64,000 nucleotides of DNA from Phycisphaerales bacterium UBA1924 (lineage in GTDB: Bacteria > Planctomycetota > Phycisphaerae > Phycisphaerales > UBA1924): assembly GCA_964229845.1 (NCBI GenBank), contig CAXREY010000038.1, forward strand, positions 3,317-67,316. The letters are read 5' to 3'. A program made the translations under genes and the position numbers. Below, piece after piece: positions 16,020-24,071 of this stretch; position 1 is the stretch's first letter, and every line of letters starts with the position of its first letter. The notes under the pieces were generated by a model. That model worked only from the letters and a program-made list of their open reading frames with translations, made no database searches and had not been told where the DNA came from.

Positions 16020-17153
16020 CTAGGCGGCGGGGCGCGACTTAATTCTTCTGCAGGCGACGACGAGCGCGCGGATCTCTGAAGCGGAGGATTTGATGCCGCT
16101 CTCGCGGAGTTTCTCTTCCGCTTCGATGGCGAGCTGAGAGACGATGGGGAACCCGAGGGGGGCGGCGGAGCCGGAGAGGTTGCGGACGATCTCGAGGGCG
16201 GTCGTGTCGTCGGATTCGCGTACGGCTTTCTCGAGGTTGAGCGATGTGCGGGTGATCTCGGTGAGGAACTTGCCCAGGAGTGGGAAGGCGGGGTCCTGCT
16301 TGTTGAGGTTCGAGTAGAGTGGGCCGCCGTCGCCGTCGGCGTGGAGGAACTCGGCGAGTGCCTGGAGGATGCGGTCCTTGGACGCGGGCTTGGAGAGGAT
16401 GCCGGCGGCGTCGGAGGCGCGGATGGCGTCGAGGAAGGGCACGGACTTGTCGGAGGTGAGGACGATGACGGGGATGTCGCACTCGGCCTCGGTGAGCGCG
16501 GCGATGAGCTGGGGCGCGGTGTCGTCGCCGATGTGATAGTCGGCGAGGATGATGTCTGCGCCCTTCTTTGCGCGTGAGACGGCGTTCTCGATGCGGTCGG
16601 CGGTGTTGACGGTGAGGTTGGTGTCCTCGAGGTAGGTGAGCATGAGGTCGCGGTCCATGTCCGTCGAGGTGACGATGAGCGTGGAGCCGTGGAGGCGTGC
16701 GGGGTCGACGCGTTCGAGTGAGTAGGCCTCGTTGAGCGGATCGAGTCCGAGCAGGTCTTTGGTGGAGATCTGGTTTTTGAACTGGATGCCGATCTCGTGG
16801 ACGCGGCCGGTGAGGTGTGCGCAGCGGCGGACGGTTCCCTGGACGCTCTGTGTGTTGCCTCCCGGGAGTCGGAGGAGGATCTCGCAGGGCGTTCCGGTGT
16901 GCATGAAGGCGGAGTGGAGGATTGAGATCCCGCCGCGTGAGATGTTGCGCGTGGCGACGGGGAGGTTGACCTTGTGCCCTGAGCTGTGCTCGATGACGAG
17001 GTTGACGGACTCGAGGCGGTAGGACCATCGGACGAACTCGCGGTCTGGCGATTTGTCCTCGCCGTCGCGTTGCTCGAGGGTCTCGAGGAGCTTGTGGAGC
17101 TCGCGCTGGTTGAGTCTGAGCGTGTTGTTGTTTTGATTCTGGACCGTGTTCAT
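16020..17153 (-). CDS. PilZ domain - REC domain - HPt-like C-terminal region protein (paralogue 2)
   Basis: Start at the Met giving MNTVQNQNNN inside ORF 16020..17684. PilZ motifs REFVR and NISRGG. REC with IILADYHIGDD, VIVLTSD and SKP. C-terminus IVRNLSGSAAPLGF resembles the HPt consensus AHxLKGSAxxLG. Confidence 0.7.
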   Translation of the reverse strand: MNTVQNQNNNTLRLNQRELHKLLETLEQRDGEDKSPDREFVRWSYRLESVNLVIEHSSGHKVNLPVATRNISRGGISILHSAFMHTGTPCEILLRLPGGNTQSVQGTVRRCAHLTGRVHEIGIQFKNQISTKDLLGLDPLNEAYSLERVDPARLHGSTLIVTSTDMDRDLMLTYLEDTNLTVNTADRIENAVSRAKKGADIILADYHIGDDTAPQLIAALTEAECDIPVIVLTSDKSVPFLDAIRASDAAGILSKPASKDRILQALAEFLHADGDGGPLYSNLNKQDPAFPLLGKFLTEITRTSLNLEKAVRESDDTTALEIVRNLSGSAAPLGFPIVSQLAIEAEEKLRESGIKSSASEIRALVVACRRIKSRPAA

Positions 17154-17352
17154 CTGGTGTGCTCCGCTGCCCTGTTCCTCGCGGAATGGATCGGGGCAGG
17201 GGGCGGTTTGGTTGAGTTCGAGACCTGAGGCACCGGAATAGGTGGTTCGGGTGTGCGGTCTGCGTCGGGGGAGCGGCGGGGATGTGGGGAGGGCGCAGCC
17301 GATAACCCCGCGGGGGCGCGGGGTGGGGATGAGTTGTGGGTTGTGGCGGGGG

Positions 17353-19959
17353 TTAGACGTCGAGGTTTTTGACTTCGAGGGCGTGGTCCTCGATGTACTT
17401 GCGGCGTGGCTCGACCTGCTCGCCCATGAGGAGGGAGAAGAGGTTGTCGGCCTCGCCGGCCTGATCCCACTGGACGCGGAACATGGAGCGGACGGACTGG
17501 TCCATGGTGGTTTCCCAGAGCTGCTCGGCGTCCATCTCGCCCAGCCCCTTGAATCGTTTGATCTCCATGCCGCGGCGGCCGATCTGGTGCAGGGCGGGGA
17601 GGATGGCGGGGATGCTCTCGGCTTCGACGATCTTGGCGTCCGGTGAGACGCTGACGGCTTCGTCGTCGTCGGTGGTGGGGTCAATCTTTGCGGGCTTGCC
17701 GGTTTTGGTCGTGGACCATGCGAAGCGTGCGGGCATGCGTTGGCCGGTGACGGATTCTTCCTGAACGAGCCCGTAGTCGTTGATGTCGATGCCGAGCTTG
17801 GCGAGCTCTTGGAAGATGACGGCGAGTTCCTTGTTCTCGTGGAGCTCGCGGACGGTGGCGATCATGCCCGCGGTTGCTTCGTCCGCGGAGTCGTCCTCGA
17901 TGTCGTCGGCGTGTCGCCACTCGTTCTTGGCGATGATCTGGAGCGCTTCCTGCTCGGACCAGGCGTACTCGCCCATGGCGCGGGTGGCGACCTTGTGGGT
18001 GGGGAGGGTGCCGTCGCGTCGGGAGGAGAGGAGGTCGACGAACTTGATGCCCCGTCGCTCGGCGATCTCTGCGAGCTCGGCGAGTCGGGTGAGGAGGCGG
18101 ACGAGCTTTTCGGCGTCGGGGCCTGAGATCTCGGTGGTGGTCGCGGGTTCCTCGCCGAGTCGGCAGTTCTCGATGTCGCGGACGAGGAGGGATGAGCCCT
18201 CGAGCCCGAGCTCGGTGAGGACGCTGTCGAGCTTGCGTTCGTTGAGGACGTACTGGGATTTCTTTCCCTTGGTGATCTGGTAGAGCGGGGGCTGGGCGAT
18301 GTAGATGTGTCCGCGCCGGAGCAGCTCGTTCATGTGGCGGAAGAAGAAGGTGAGCAGAAGGGTGCGGATGTGGGAGCCGTCGACATCGGCGTCGGTCATG
18401 ATGATGACCTTGCCGTAGCGGAGTTTGGTGATGTCGAAGTCGCCGCCGATGCCGCAGCGGAGGGCGGCGATGAGTGTGCGGATCTCCTCGAAGCCGAGGA
18501 CCTTGTCGATGCGGGCTCGCTCGACGTTGAGGAGCTTGCCTCGCAGGGGGAGGATGGCCTGGCACTCGACGTCGCGGCCCTGTGTCGCGGAGCCGCCCGC
18601 GGAATCGCCCTCGACGATGAAGAGCTCTGCCTTGTCGAGGTCCTTGGTCTTGCAGTCGCGGAGCTTGTGGGGCATGGAGCCGCTGTCGAGTGCGGTTTTG
18701 CGTCGGGTGAGCTCGCGGGCCTTGCGTGCGGCCTCGCGTGCCTGGGCTGCGACGATGCCCTTGAGGCAGAGCTTCTTGGCCTCGGCGGGGTGCTCTTCGA
18801 GCCAGTTGTTGAGGGCTTCCTGCACGGCGCTGGAGACGAATGATTCGATCTCGGGGTTGAGGAGCTTCTCTTTGGGCTGGTTGTTGAAGGTGGGGTCGGG
18901 GAGCTTGACGGAGACGATGGCGATGAGGCCCTCGCGGAGGTCGTCGCCGGTGGGGTTGGCGTCCTTTTCCTTGAGGATGCCCGAGCGTTTGGCGTAGCCG
19001 TTGAGCGTGCGGGTGAGGGCGGTCTTGAAGCCCTGGCCGTGGGTGCCGCCGTCGGCGTTGTGGATGTTGTTGGCGAAGGTGAGGAGGGACTCGTTGTAGC
19101 CGTCGTGGTACTGGAGTGCGATCTCGCAGATCATGGACTCCTCCTCGATCTCCTTGCGGAGGAAGACGGGTGAGGAGACGGCGTTCTTGCCCTTCATGAG
19201 GTGCTGGACGTACTCGAGGAGCCCGTTGTCGGCCTTGAAGGTCTCGTGTCGGACTTTGCCGTCGGCGCCGACGCGCTCGTCGGAGAGCTTGATGGTGACG
19301 CCGGGGTTGAGGTAGGCGAGCTCGCGGAGTCGGTTGGCGAGGGTGTCGTAGTCGTAGGTGGTGTCGGGGAAGATGGTGTCGTCTGGCTTGAAGACGACGG
19401 TGGTTCCGGTTTTGCGCTCGGAGTTGTCTGGGATCTTGCCGACGTCGTGGAGGGGTGTGGAGACGACGCCGCGCTCGAAGGTCATGGACTTGATCTCGCC
19501 GTCGCGCCAGACCTCGACCTCGAGCATGGATGAGAGGGCGTTGACACAGGAGACGCCGACGCCGTGGAGCCCGCCCGAGACCTTGTATGCCGAGCCCTCC
19601 TGCTGGAACTTGCCGCCGGCGTGGAGCTTGGTGAGGACGACCTCGACGGCGGGCTTGCCGTTGGTGTTGGGGTCGTCGTTCTTGACGGGGTCGGTGGGGA
19701 TGCCGCGCCCGTCGTCGGTGACCTTGACGGAGCCGTCGGCCTGGACGATGACGGAGACGAATGTGGCGAAGTCGGCCATGGCCTCGTCGATGGAGTTATC
19801 GACGACCTCGTAGACGAGGTGGTGGAGCGCGTTGAGCCCGGTGCCGCCGATGTACATGCCTGGGCGTTTGCGGACGGCCTCGAGCCCCTCGAGGACCTTG
19901 ATCTGGTCCGATGAGTAGGCGTTTTTGGTTGTTGCCGGGTCTGGTGCTTGTTCGCTCAT
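17353..19959 (-). CDS. gyrB: DNA gyrase subunit B
   Basis: YSSDQIKVLEGLEAVRKRPGMYIGG, Toprim motif FIVEGDSAGGSA, PLRGKLLNVE. Start taken at MSEQAPDP (ATG 19959) rather than the ORF start at 20115. Confidence 0.93.
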   Translation of the reverse strand: MSEQAPDPATTKNAYSSDQIKVLEGLEAVRKRPGMYIGGTGLNALHHLVYEVVDNSIDEAMADFATFVSVIVQADGSVKVTDDGRGIPTDPVKNDDPNTNGKPAVEVVLTKLHAGGKFQQEGSAYKVSGGLHGVGVSCVNALSSMLEVEVWRDGEIKSMTFERGVVSTPLHDVGKIPDNSERKTGTTVVFKPDDTIFPDTTYDYDTLANRLRELAYLNPGVTIKLSDERVGADGKVRHETFKADNGLLEYVQHLMKGKNAVSSPVFLRKEIEEESMICEIALQYHDGYNESLLTFANNIHNADGGTHGQGFKTALTRTLNGYAKRSGILKEKDANPTGDDLREGLIAIVSVKLPDPTFNNQPKEKLLNPEIESFVSSAVQEALNNWLEEHPAEAKKLCLKGIVAAQAREAARKARELTRRKTALDSGSMPHKLRDCKTKDLDKAELFIVEGDSAGGSATQGRDVECQAILPLRGKLLNVERARIDKVLGFEEIRTLIAALRCGIGGDFDITKLRYGKVIIMTDADVDGSHIRTLLLTFFFRHMNELLRRGHIYIAQPPLYQITKGKKSQYVLNERKLDSVLTELGLEGSSLLVRDIENCRLGEEPATTTEISGPDAEKLVRLLTRLAELAEIAERRGIKFVDLLSSRRDGTLPTHKVATRAMGEYAWSEQEALQIIAKNEWRHADDIEDDSADEATAGMIATVRELHENKELAVIFQELAKLGIDINDYGLVQEESVTGQRMPARFAWSTTKTGKPAKIDPTTDDDEAVSVSPDAKIVEAESIPAILPALHQIGRRGMEIKRFKGLGEMDAEQLWETTMDQSVRSMFRVQWDQAGEADNLFSLLMGEQVEPRRKYIEDHALEVKNLDV

Positions 19960-20111
19960 GTGTGGTGTTTCTGTGCGCGGGCTCTTGGTCGCTGCGCGGG
20001 CGATTTTTGGAGTTGTTTTTGGCAGTTGTATTGTAGGTTCGGCGGGGGGGAATTGCGCTGGTTTGGGCGGGGAGTTTTGGGGTGTAAACCCTTGGGAAAC
20101 AGGGTTTCGCG

Positions 20112-21665
20112 TCACCTAGTCCATGTGCTGGTGTCGACGCGGAAGACGCGTTCGATGCGATCGAGGTCCTCGGTCTGCCATCCGGTTTCATCGAGCCAGG
20201 ACTTGCGGTACTGACCGAACTGGCCCCCGTACTCGGCGTCGAGGGAATCGTCGTAGTCGTAGACATCGGAGCAGGGCTCAAGCTTGCACGTTGGGCACAG
20301 GTCCGTCCCGTCTTGCGTAAACGGGATCTTCTGCCAGCAAGTGCCGCACACTGGGCAGCAGTCCTTGGCATTCAACCGCGGGACGATGATGTACCAGCCC
20401 GTGTGAGGCGATGGCTGGAGGTCGATCGCGACACGCCTGAACCAATATCGTTCATCGTGATGGGTTGGGTGTGCGGCGGCGTACAGCGTTTCTTTGATTT
20501 GATAGGTGTGTTGAGGGTTATCCAGCGAGACGGGCATGTTTGTTTGTTCTCGGGCACGCTGTACGTGTTCGATGCGGACTTGGCGTCTGCTGGGTGTTTC
20601 GACGCTGTAGGTGTTGATGAGTTCGCCGTTGGGCGCAAAGTACCCCAACTGGCGCGAGTGCATTCTGCCATCTTGGTGCATTCCCGGATAGAAGACGTAG
20701 CCGTCTGGACTGATCCCGGCAGTGTGCTTCCCAGAGTGTCTGGGGAGGGTTGCGGTCTGCTCAAGATCTGCGTTGAAGATGGCATACTCTGATTCCGGTG
20801 CTCTGCACAGGAACCAACTCAGCGGAGAACTGGTGTTTACTCTTTTGTTGAAACTCGGGACGTGTTTGATGAGTTCGCCTTGCAATGTGTAGACGCGGGT
20901 GCTTTGGGTGTTGTGTTTGTAGTTGTGGGTTGTGACGAGACGGTCGTTCGCGGTGACGAAGTACGACCAGGTTTCCGGTATCGTGCACACTTTGACTCTG
21001 TCTTTGTCGTATATCACAAGGTCTGCACCGATGGTGTGATACGCGAGGTGGTCGCGTTTGCTGCCGATGATTTTGTGCTCTCGCAGGTGCGGTTCCAGTT
21101 TGCCGGAGTGAAAGAGGAACGGCATCAGGTAGCTGTTTAAGCCGATGCCAGCGGGCTTTGTGAGGTCGGTCTCTTTGTCGATCGAGACGATGTCTGTAGA
21201 CATCGTTCCGTCAGGACGCAGGAGGTGGCACGGGTTCCACGGCGCCCCGAGCGTGTTCTTGACGTCATCCTCTGAGCTAACGAAGGCATACGACTCATCG
21301 TCGTAGATGTAATCACACCAGTCGACGCCCGCGAAGGAGCGGTCGGGGTTGGTGATCACGTTGAGCTGGAGATCGACGATGCGATCATCCCGTAGAGCGG
21401 GCGCTTCTTTCAGTCGGATCATCCCGCGCCCGATGTATTCCGGACGGGCGATGGGTGTGTATGCGTCAAACTCGATCCGTTGGTGTGCGCTTACGAGGTA
21501 GTGGGTCTCTTCGCTCGTCATCCCATAGATCACGCCCGGTGTGATTCGGTAGGCATCAGTGAGTGGCAGGTTTCTCATGCCGCACTCGACGTCGCAGAAC
21601 TCGCCGGACTCGTTGATGATTCGGTTTTGGAACGGGAAAATGTAAGGTTGCAGCGTCTCTCTCAT
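20112..21665 (-). CDS. Hypothetical protein (517 aa) with a C-terminal Cys-rich zinc-ribbon-like motif
   Basis: Clean long ORF in a visibly more A/T-rich stretch. Contains CCPVCGTCWQ-(13 aa)-CPTCKLEPC followed by an acidic tail. No family recognised. Confidence 0.6.
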   Translation of the reverse strand: MRETLQPYIFPFQNRIINESGEFCDVECGMRNLPLTDAYRITPGVIYGMTSEETHYLVSAHQRIEFDAYTPIARPEYIGRGMIRLKEAPALRDDRIVDLQLNVITNPDRSFAGVDWCDYIYDDESYAFVSSEDDVKNTLGAPWNPCHLLRPDGTMSTDIVSIDKETDLTKPAGIGLNSYLMPFLFHSGKLEPHLREHKIIGSKRDHLAYHTIGADLVIYDKDRVKVCTIPETWSYFVTANDRLVTTHNYKHNTQSTRVYTLQGELIKHVPSFNKRVNTSSPLSWFLCRAPESEYAIFNADLEQTATLPRHSGKHTAGISPDGYVFYPGMHQDGRMHSRQLGYFAPNGELINTYSVETPSRRQVRIEHVQRAREQTNMPVSLDNPQHTYQIKETLYAAAHPTHHDERYWFRRVAIDLQPSPHTGWYIIVPRLNAKDCCPVCGTCWQKIPFTQDGTDLCPTCKLEPCSDVYDYDDSLDAEYGGQFGQYRKSWLDETGWQTEDLDRIERVFRVDTSTWTR

Positions 21666-22075
21666 TGGATCAATAGTAGCTTGTCGCCTTCGGGAGATTG
21701 ATCAGGCGGTGGCGGGGAGGGTTCCCCGCCGGCCCCTCTTTTGAAGTACAGCTCGGAAGCGCCTCTCAGCCCGCGTAGGTGTGGGGGCGAGTATTCATTG
21801 GGTTCTTTCGCAGGATTTGGCCATCGGTGTGCGGGGAGCCACGGAGCAGAATCCGTGTTCATGTGGATTTCGAACGGTTCGCCGCACTGCGCCGCTGCGC
21901 GGCGAGTACGGGCACCCCCGGGTAACTGTTGTCGGGTGGTGGTATATTCAGTGTCGTGCGTGGACCACATGAAACATCCGAGACGCCGGACTTTGCGCGT
22001 GGGCTTTACGTGTGCGAGCGGCCGGGGCATGAGTTTGCTTCGGTGGGGTCATCCGGGGCGCTGGTGTCGCTGGTG

Positions 22076-22999
22076 ATGACGCAGGGGTTTGCGATGCTGT
22101 TCCTGGTGCCGGTGGTCGTGTTTTACGGGCTGAGGAACCTCGCGGGGGTGGCGGTGTTTTATGCGGGGCTGGTGTCGGGTGTGCTGGGGGTGGTGATCGT
22201 GATCCTTGGGGTCGTGATGCTGCGGAGCGTGAACCGGTCGAGTGGGGGGGCCAAGGGCGGCGGGTTTTTCAGGAACGAGAGCGATTCGCGGTTCCGGGTG
22301 CGGGCGGTGATCCCGCCGAAGCGGCGCAGCGCCCGGGTGATGCGCTGGGTCGAGGCGGCGGTGCACGCGGAGGTGCGTGACGAGGAGCCGGTGCGGGCGG
22401 ATGAGCTGGAGTCGGTGCGGGGCGGGTTTGACCCGATCATCGTGCGTCCGTGGTTCGGGATCAAGCGGGGGAGGGCGTTCTGGTGGACGGCGGTGGTGTG
22501 CGGCTTAGTGTGCTCGCTGGGGATGCTGCAGCTGCTGAGTCTGATCATGGGCGGGTGGGGGACGATGCTTAAGAACTCCGGGTTGCTTGGGTACGCGATG
22601 ACGGGTGCGGGGATGGTGAGCGGGCTGCTGTGCGCGGAGCTGATCTGGCCGGTGTACATGCGCCTTGTGCCGGGGCGGCTGGACTTGTTCCGCTACGGCT
22701 TTCTCGGCTCGGGCGAACCCGAGGTGGAGACGCACGATCTCAAGGCGCAGGGCGTGTGCGTGGACTTTGGGAGCTACACGATCGCGCTGGAGCCGGAGCG
22801 GCCGGTGGGGGAGGGGCTGCCTGCGTTGGTGCAGGCGAAGCGGTGGCCGCACGGGCAGACGCTGCCGGAGGGGTCTGTGCCGCGGTATGTGTGCGTGGCG
22901 ATGGTGGTGGGTCGGCGTGAGCTGGCGCAGCGGGTGATTCAGGCGGCGCGGACGGATGAGGTGACGCCGGGGGTGAGTGAGACGGAGTTGATGGGGTAG
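22076..22999 (+). CDS. Hypothetical integral membrane protein
   Basis: Start at ATG 22076 (MTQGFAMLFLVPVVVFYGL) inside ORF 21929..22999. Two N-terminal helices, a basic loop, two further helices, then a soluble C-terminal part. No family recognised. Confidence 0.55.
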   Translation: MTQGFAMLFLVPVVVFYGLRNLAGVAVFYAGLVSGVLGVVIVILGVVMLRSVNRSSGGAKGGGFFRNESDSRFRVRAVIPPKRRSARVMRWVEAAVHAEVRDEEPVRADELESVRGGFDPIIVRPWFGIKRGRAFWWTAVVCGLVCSLGMLQLLSLIMGGWGTMLKNSGLLGYAMTGAGMVSGLLCAELIWPVYMRLVPGRLDLFRYGFLGSGEPEVETHDLKAQGVCVDFGSYTIALEPERPVGEGLPALVQAKRWPHGQTLPEGSVPRYVCVAMVVGRRELAQRVIQAARTDEVTPGVSETELMG

Positions 23000-23015
23000 G
23001 TGTGGTCTCGGGTGG

Positions 23016-23042
23016 CATGCAGGTGACGAAGTCTCCTGCATG
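23016..23042 (+). repeat. Family 2-type hairpin without the GCACCCGG tail
   Basis: CATGCAGG-tgacgaagtct-CCTGCATG. Confidence 0.55.
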
Positions 23043-23061
23043 AATCTGGTTGACTTAAGAA

Positions 23062-23099
23062 CATGCAGGAGCCGGGGACGGCACCTGCATGGCACCCGG
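23062..23099 (+). repeat. Family 2 element: hairpin plus GCACCCGG tail
   Basis: CATGCAGG-agccggggacggca-CCTGCATG, then GGCACCCGG. Identical to the copy at 5879. Confidence 0.75.
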
Positions 23100-23196
23100 C
23101 CGGGGAGTGAGATACCTATGGCGATCAGGGCGCATGAGAGCTGGATCTGCCGTTGTTTCAGCCACCTGAGCTGTTGTCGTTGTGAGTTGGCCAATC

Positions 23197-23251
23197 GAAG
23201 ACCCCCTCCGTCTCGCTTCGCTCGACACCTCCCCCGCATGTGCGGGGGAGG
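23197..23251 (+). repeat. REP-like element, family 1, copy F (forward)
   Basis: GAAGACCCCCTCC, then gtctcgcttcgctcgac, then ACCTCCCCC-gcatgtgc-GGGGGAGG. Confidence 0.75.
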
Positions 23252-23258
23252 CCGCGTG

Positions 23259-24008
23259 TTACGTCCGATGCATCGCGTCATGCAGCTGGATCAGATCTTT
23301 CAGTAGTGATCTGTCGGTTGTGTGGAAGTACTTTGGTTTTGCTACAAAGAGTGCTCCGCGCTCTTGCTCGATCCGTTCGATCGTGGGGAGATCAAGATCC
23401 TGCGGAACACGCTGGTCGGGGTCGAGCGTGATCCACTTTGCGTCGTAATGCGTGAGATGGTCGTTCTCGATGCAGACACCGCTGGGGAGTTTGAGGGGCT
23501 CAGGTGGTGGTTCCGGACGTTGCTCATGCAGCGCATGCATCAGCGTGTGGTTATGATAGATGAGTACCTTCGGTGTTATCGCGGAGCTGATTGTCGTGGC
23601 GAGAGCGATGATGTGTTTGCGGGGCAGGGGCGTGAGCGGCATCGTCATGCTGATCGAGGCATGGTTGATCGTGTGATCAAATCCATACATTGCCTGCATG
23701 ACTCTTGATCGGGTCTGGTAGTTGATGACCGCTGAAAGTCGTGGGTGATTTCCGCGTGCGGGGTGCTGACGCAGGAGATCTGCGAAGAAATCTGGCGTTG
23801 CCTGCTCCAGTGTTCCAATGTCTTGCTGCGAGAGGCGGCTGTCGTGCGTGTTGAACAAGCCGTGCAAGATGCAGTTTTGGCCGAAGATGCGGAGTAGTTC
23901 CGCGTGGATGCTGCTGAGCACGTGCACGATGTCACGCTCGCGGCAGTCGTGCGGCCCTTGTGCAACGAGGGTGCATCGATCTATGTATTCGGGCTTTGGG
24001 TTGGGCAA
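23259..24008 (-). CDS. Hypothetical protein (249 aa, His-rich)
   Basis: ORF in an A/T-richer stretch. Only a TTG start is available at the ORF head. No family recognised. Confidence 0.45.
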   Translation of the reverse strand: MPNPKPEYIDRCTLVAQGPHDCRERDIVHVLSSIHAELLRIFGQNCILHGLFNTHDSRLSQQDIGTLEQATPDFFADLLRQHPARGNHPRLSAVINYQTRSRVMQAMYGFDHTINHASISMTMPLTPLPRKHIIALATTISSAITPKVLIYHNHTLMHALHEQRPEPPPEPLKLPSGVCIENDHLTHYDAKWITLDPDQRVPQDLDLPTIERIEQERGALFVAKPKYFHTTDRSLLKDLIQLHDAMHRT

Positions 24009-24009
24009 C

Positions 24010-24065
24010 GAAGACCCCTCCGATCCGCCAGCGGCGGACCACCTCCCCGCGGGGCGCGGGGAGGG
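24010..24065 (+). repeat. REP-like element, family 1, copy G (forward)
   Basis: GAAGACCCCTCC, then GATCCGCC-agc-GGCGGACC, then ACCTCCCC-gcggggcgc-GGGGAGGG. Confidence 0.75.
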
Positions 24066-24071
24066 ACAAGA

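Noticed and set aside
17306-17323. Hairpin CCCCGCG-gggg-CGCGGGG downstream of gyrB as a terminator.
   Set aside because: It has a short stem and no T-tract on the gyrB strand, so it is too weak to call.
19960-20115. N-terminal extension of gyrB in the ORF track (start at 20115). Similar extensions occur on rarA, the L,D-transpeptidase, ruvX, the LolA-like gene, ankyrin, comM, M1, nuoH and PilZ paralogue 2.
   Set aside because: The extensions are Pro/Arg-rich and lack coding bias. They precede internal Met codons that give the canonical family N-termini or signal peptides, so internal starts were used.
17353-20115. Replication origin near gyrB or the parA-like gene.
   Set aside because: There is no dnaA or dnaN gene, and I found no cluster of TTATCCACA-like boxes by eye in the adjacent intergenic regions.
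21780-21900. tmRNA or other structured RNA, suggested by the strings gggggcgag and ggatttcgaacgg.
   Set aside because: I could find no tRNA-like acceptor/T-arm pairing, no tag-peptide ORF ending in the usual ALAA-type sequence, and no CCA-proximal structure. I kept the region only as a long intergenic gap.
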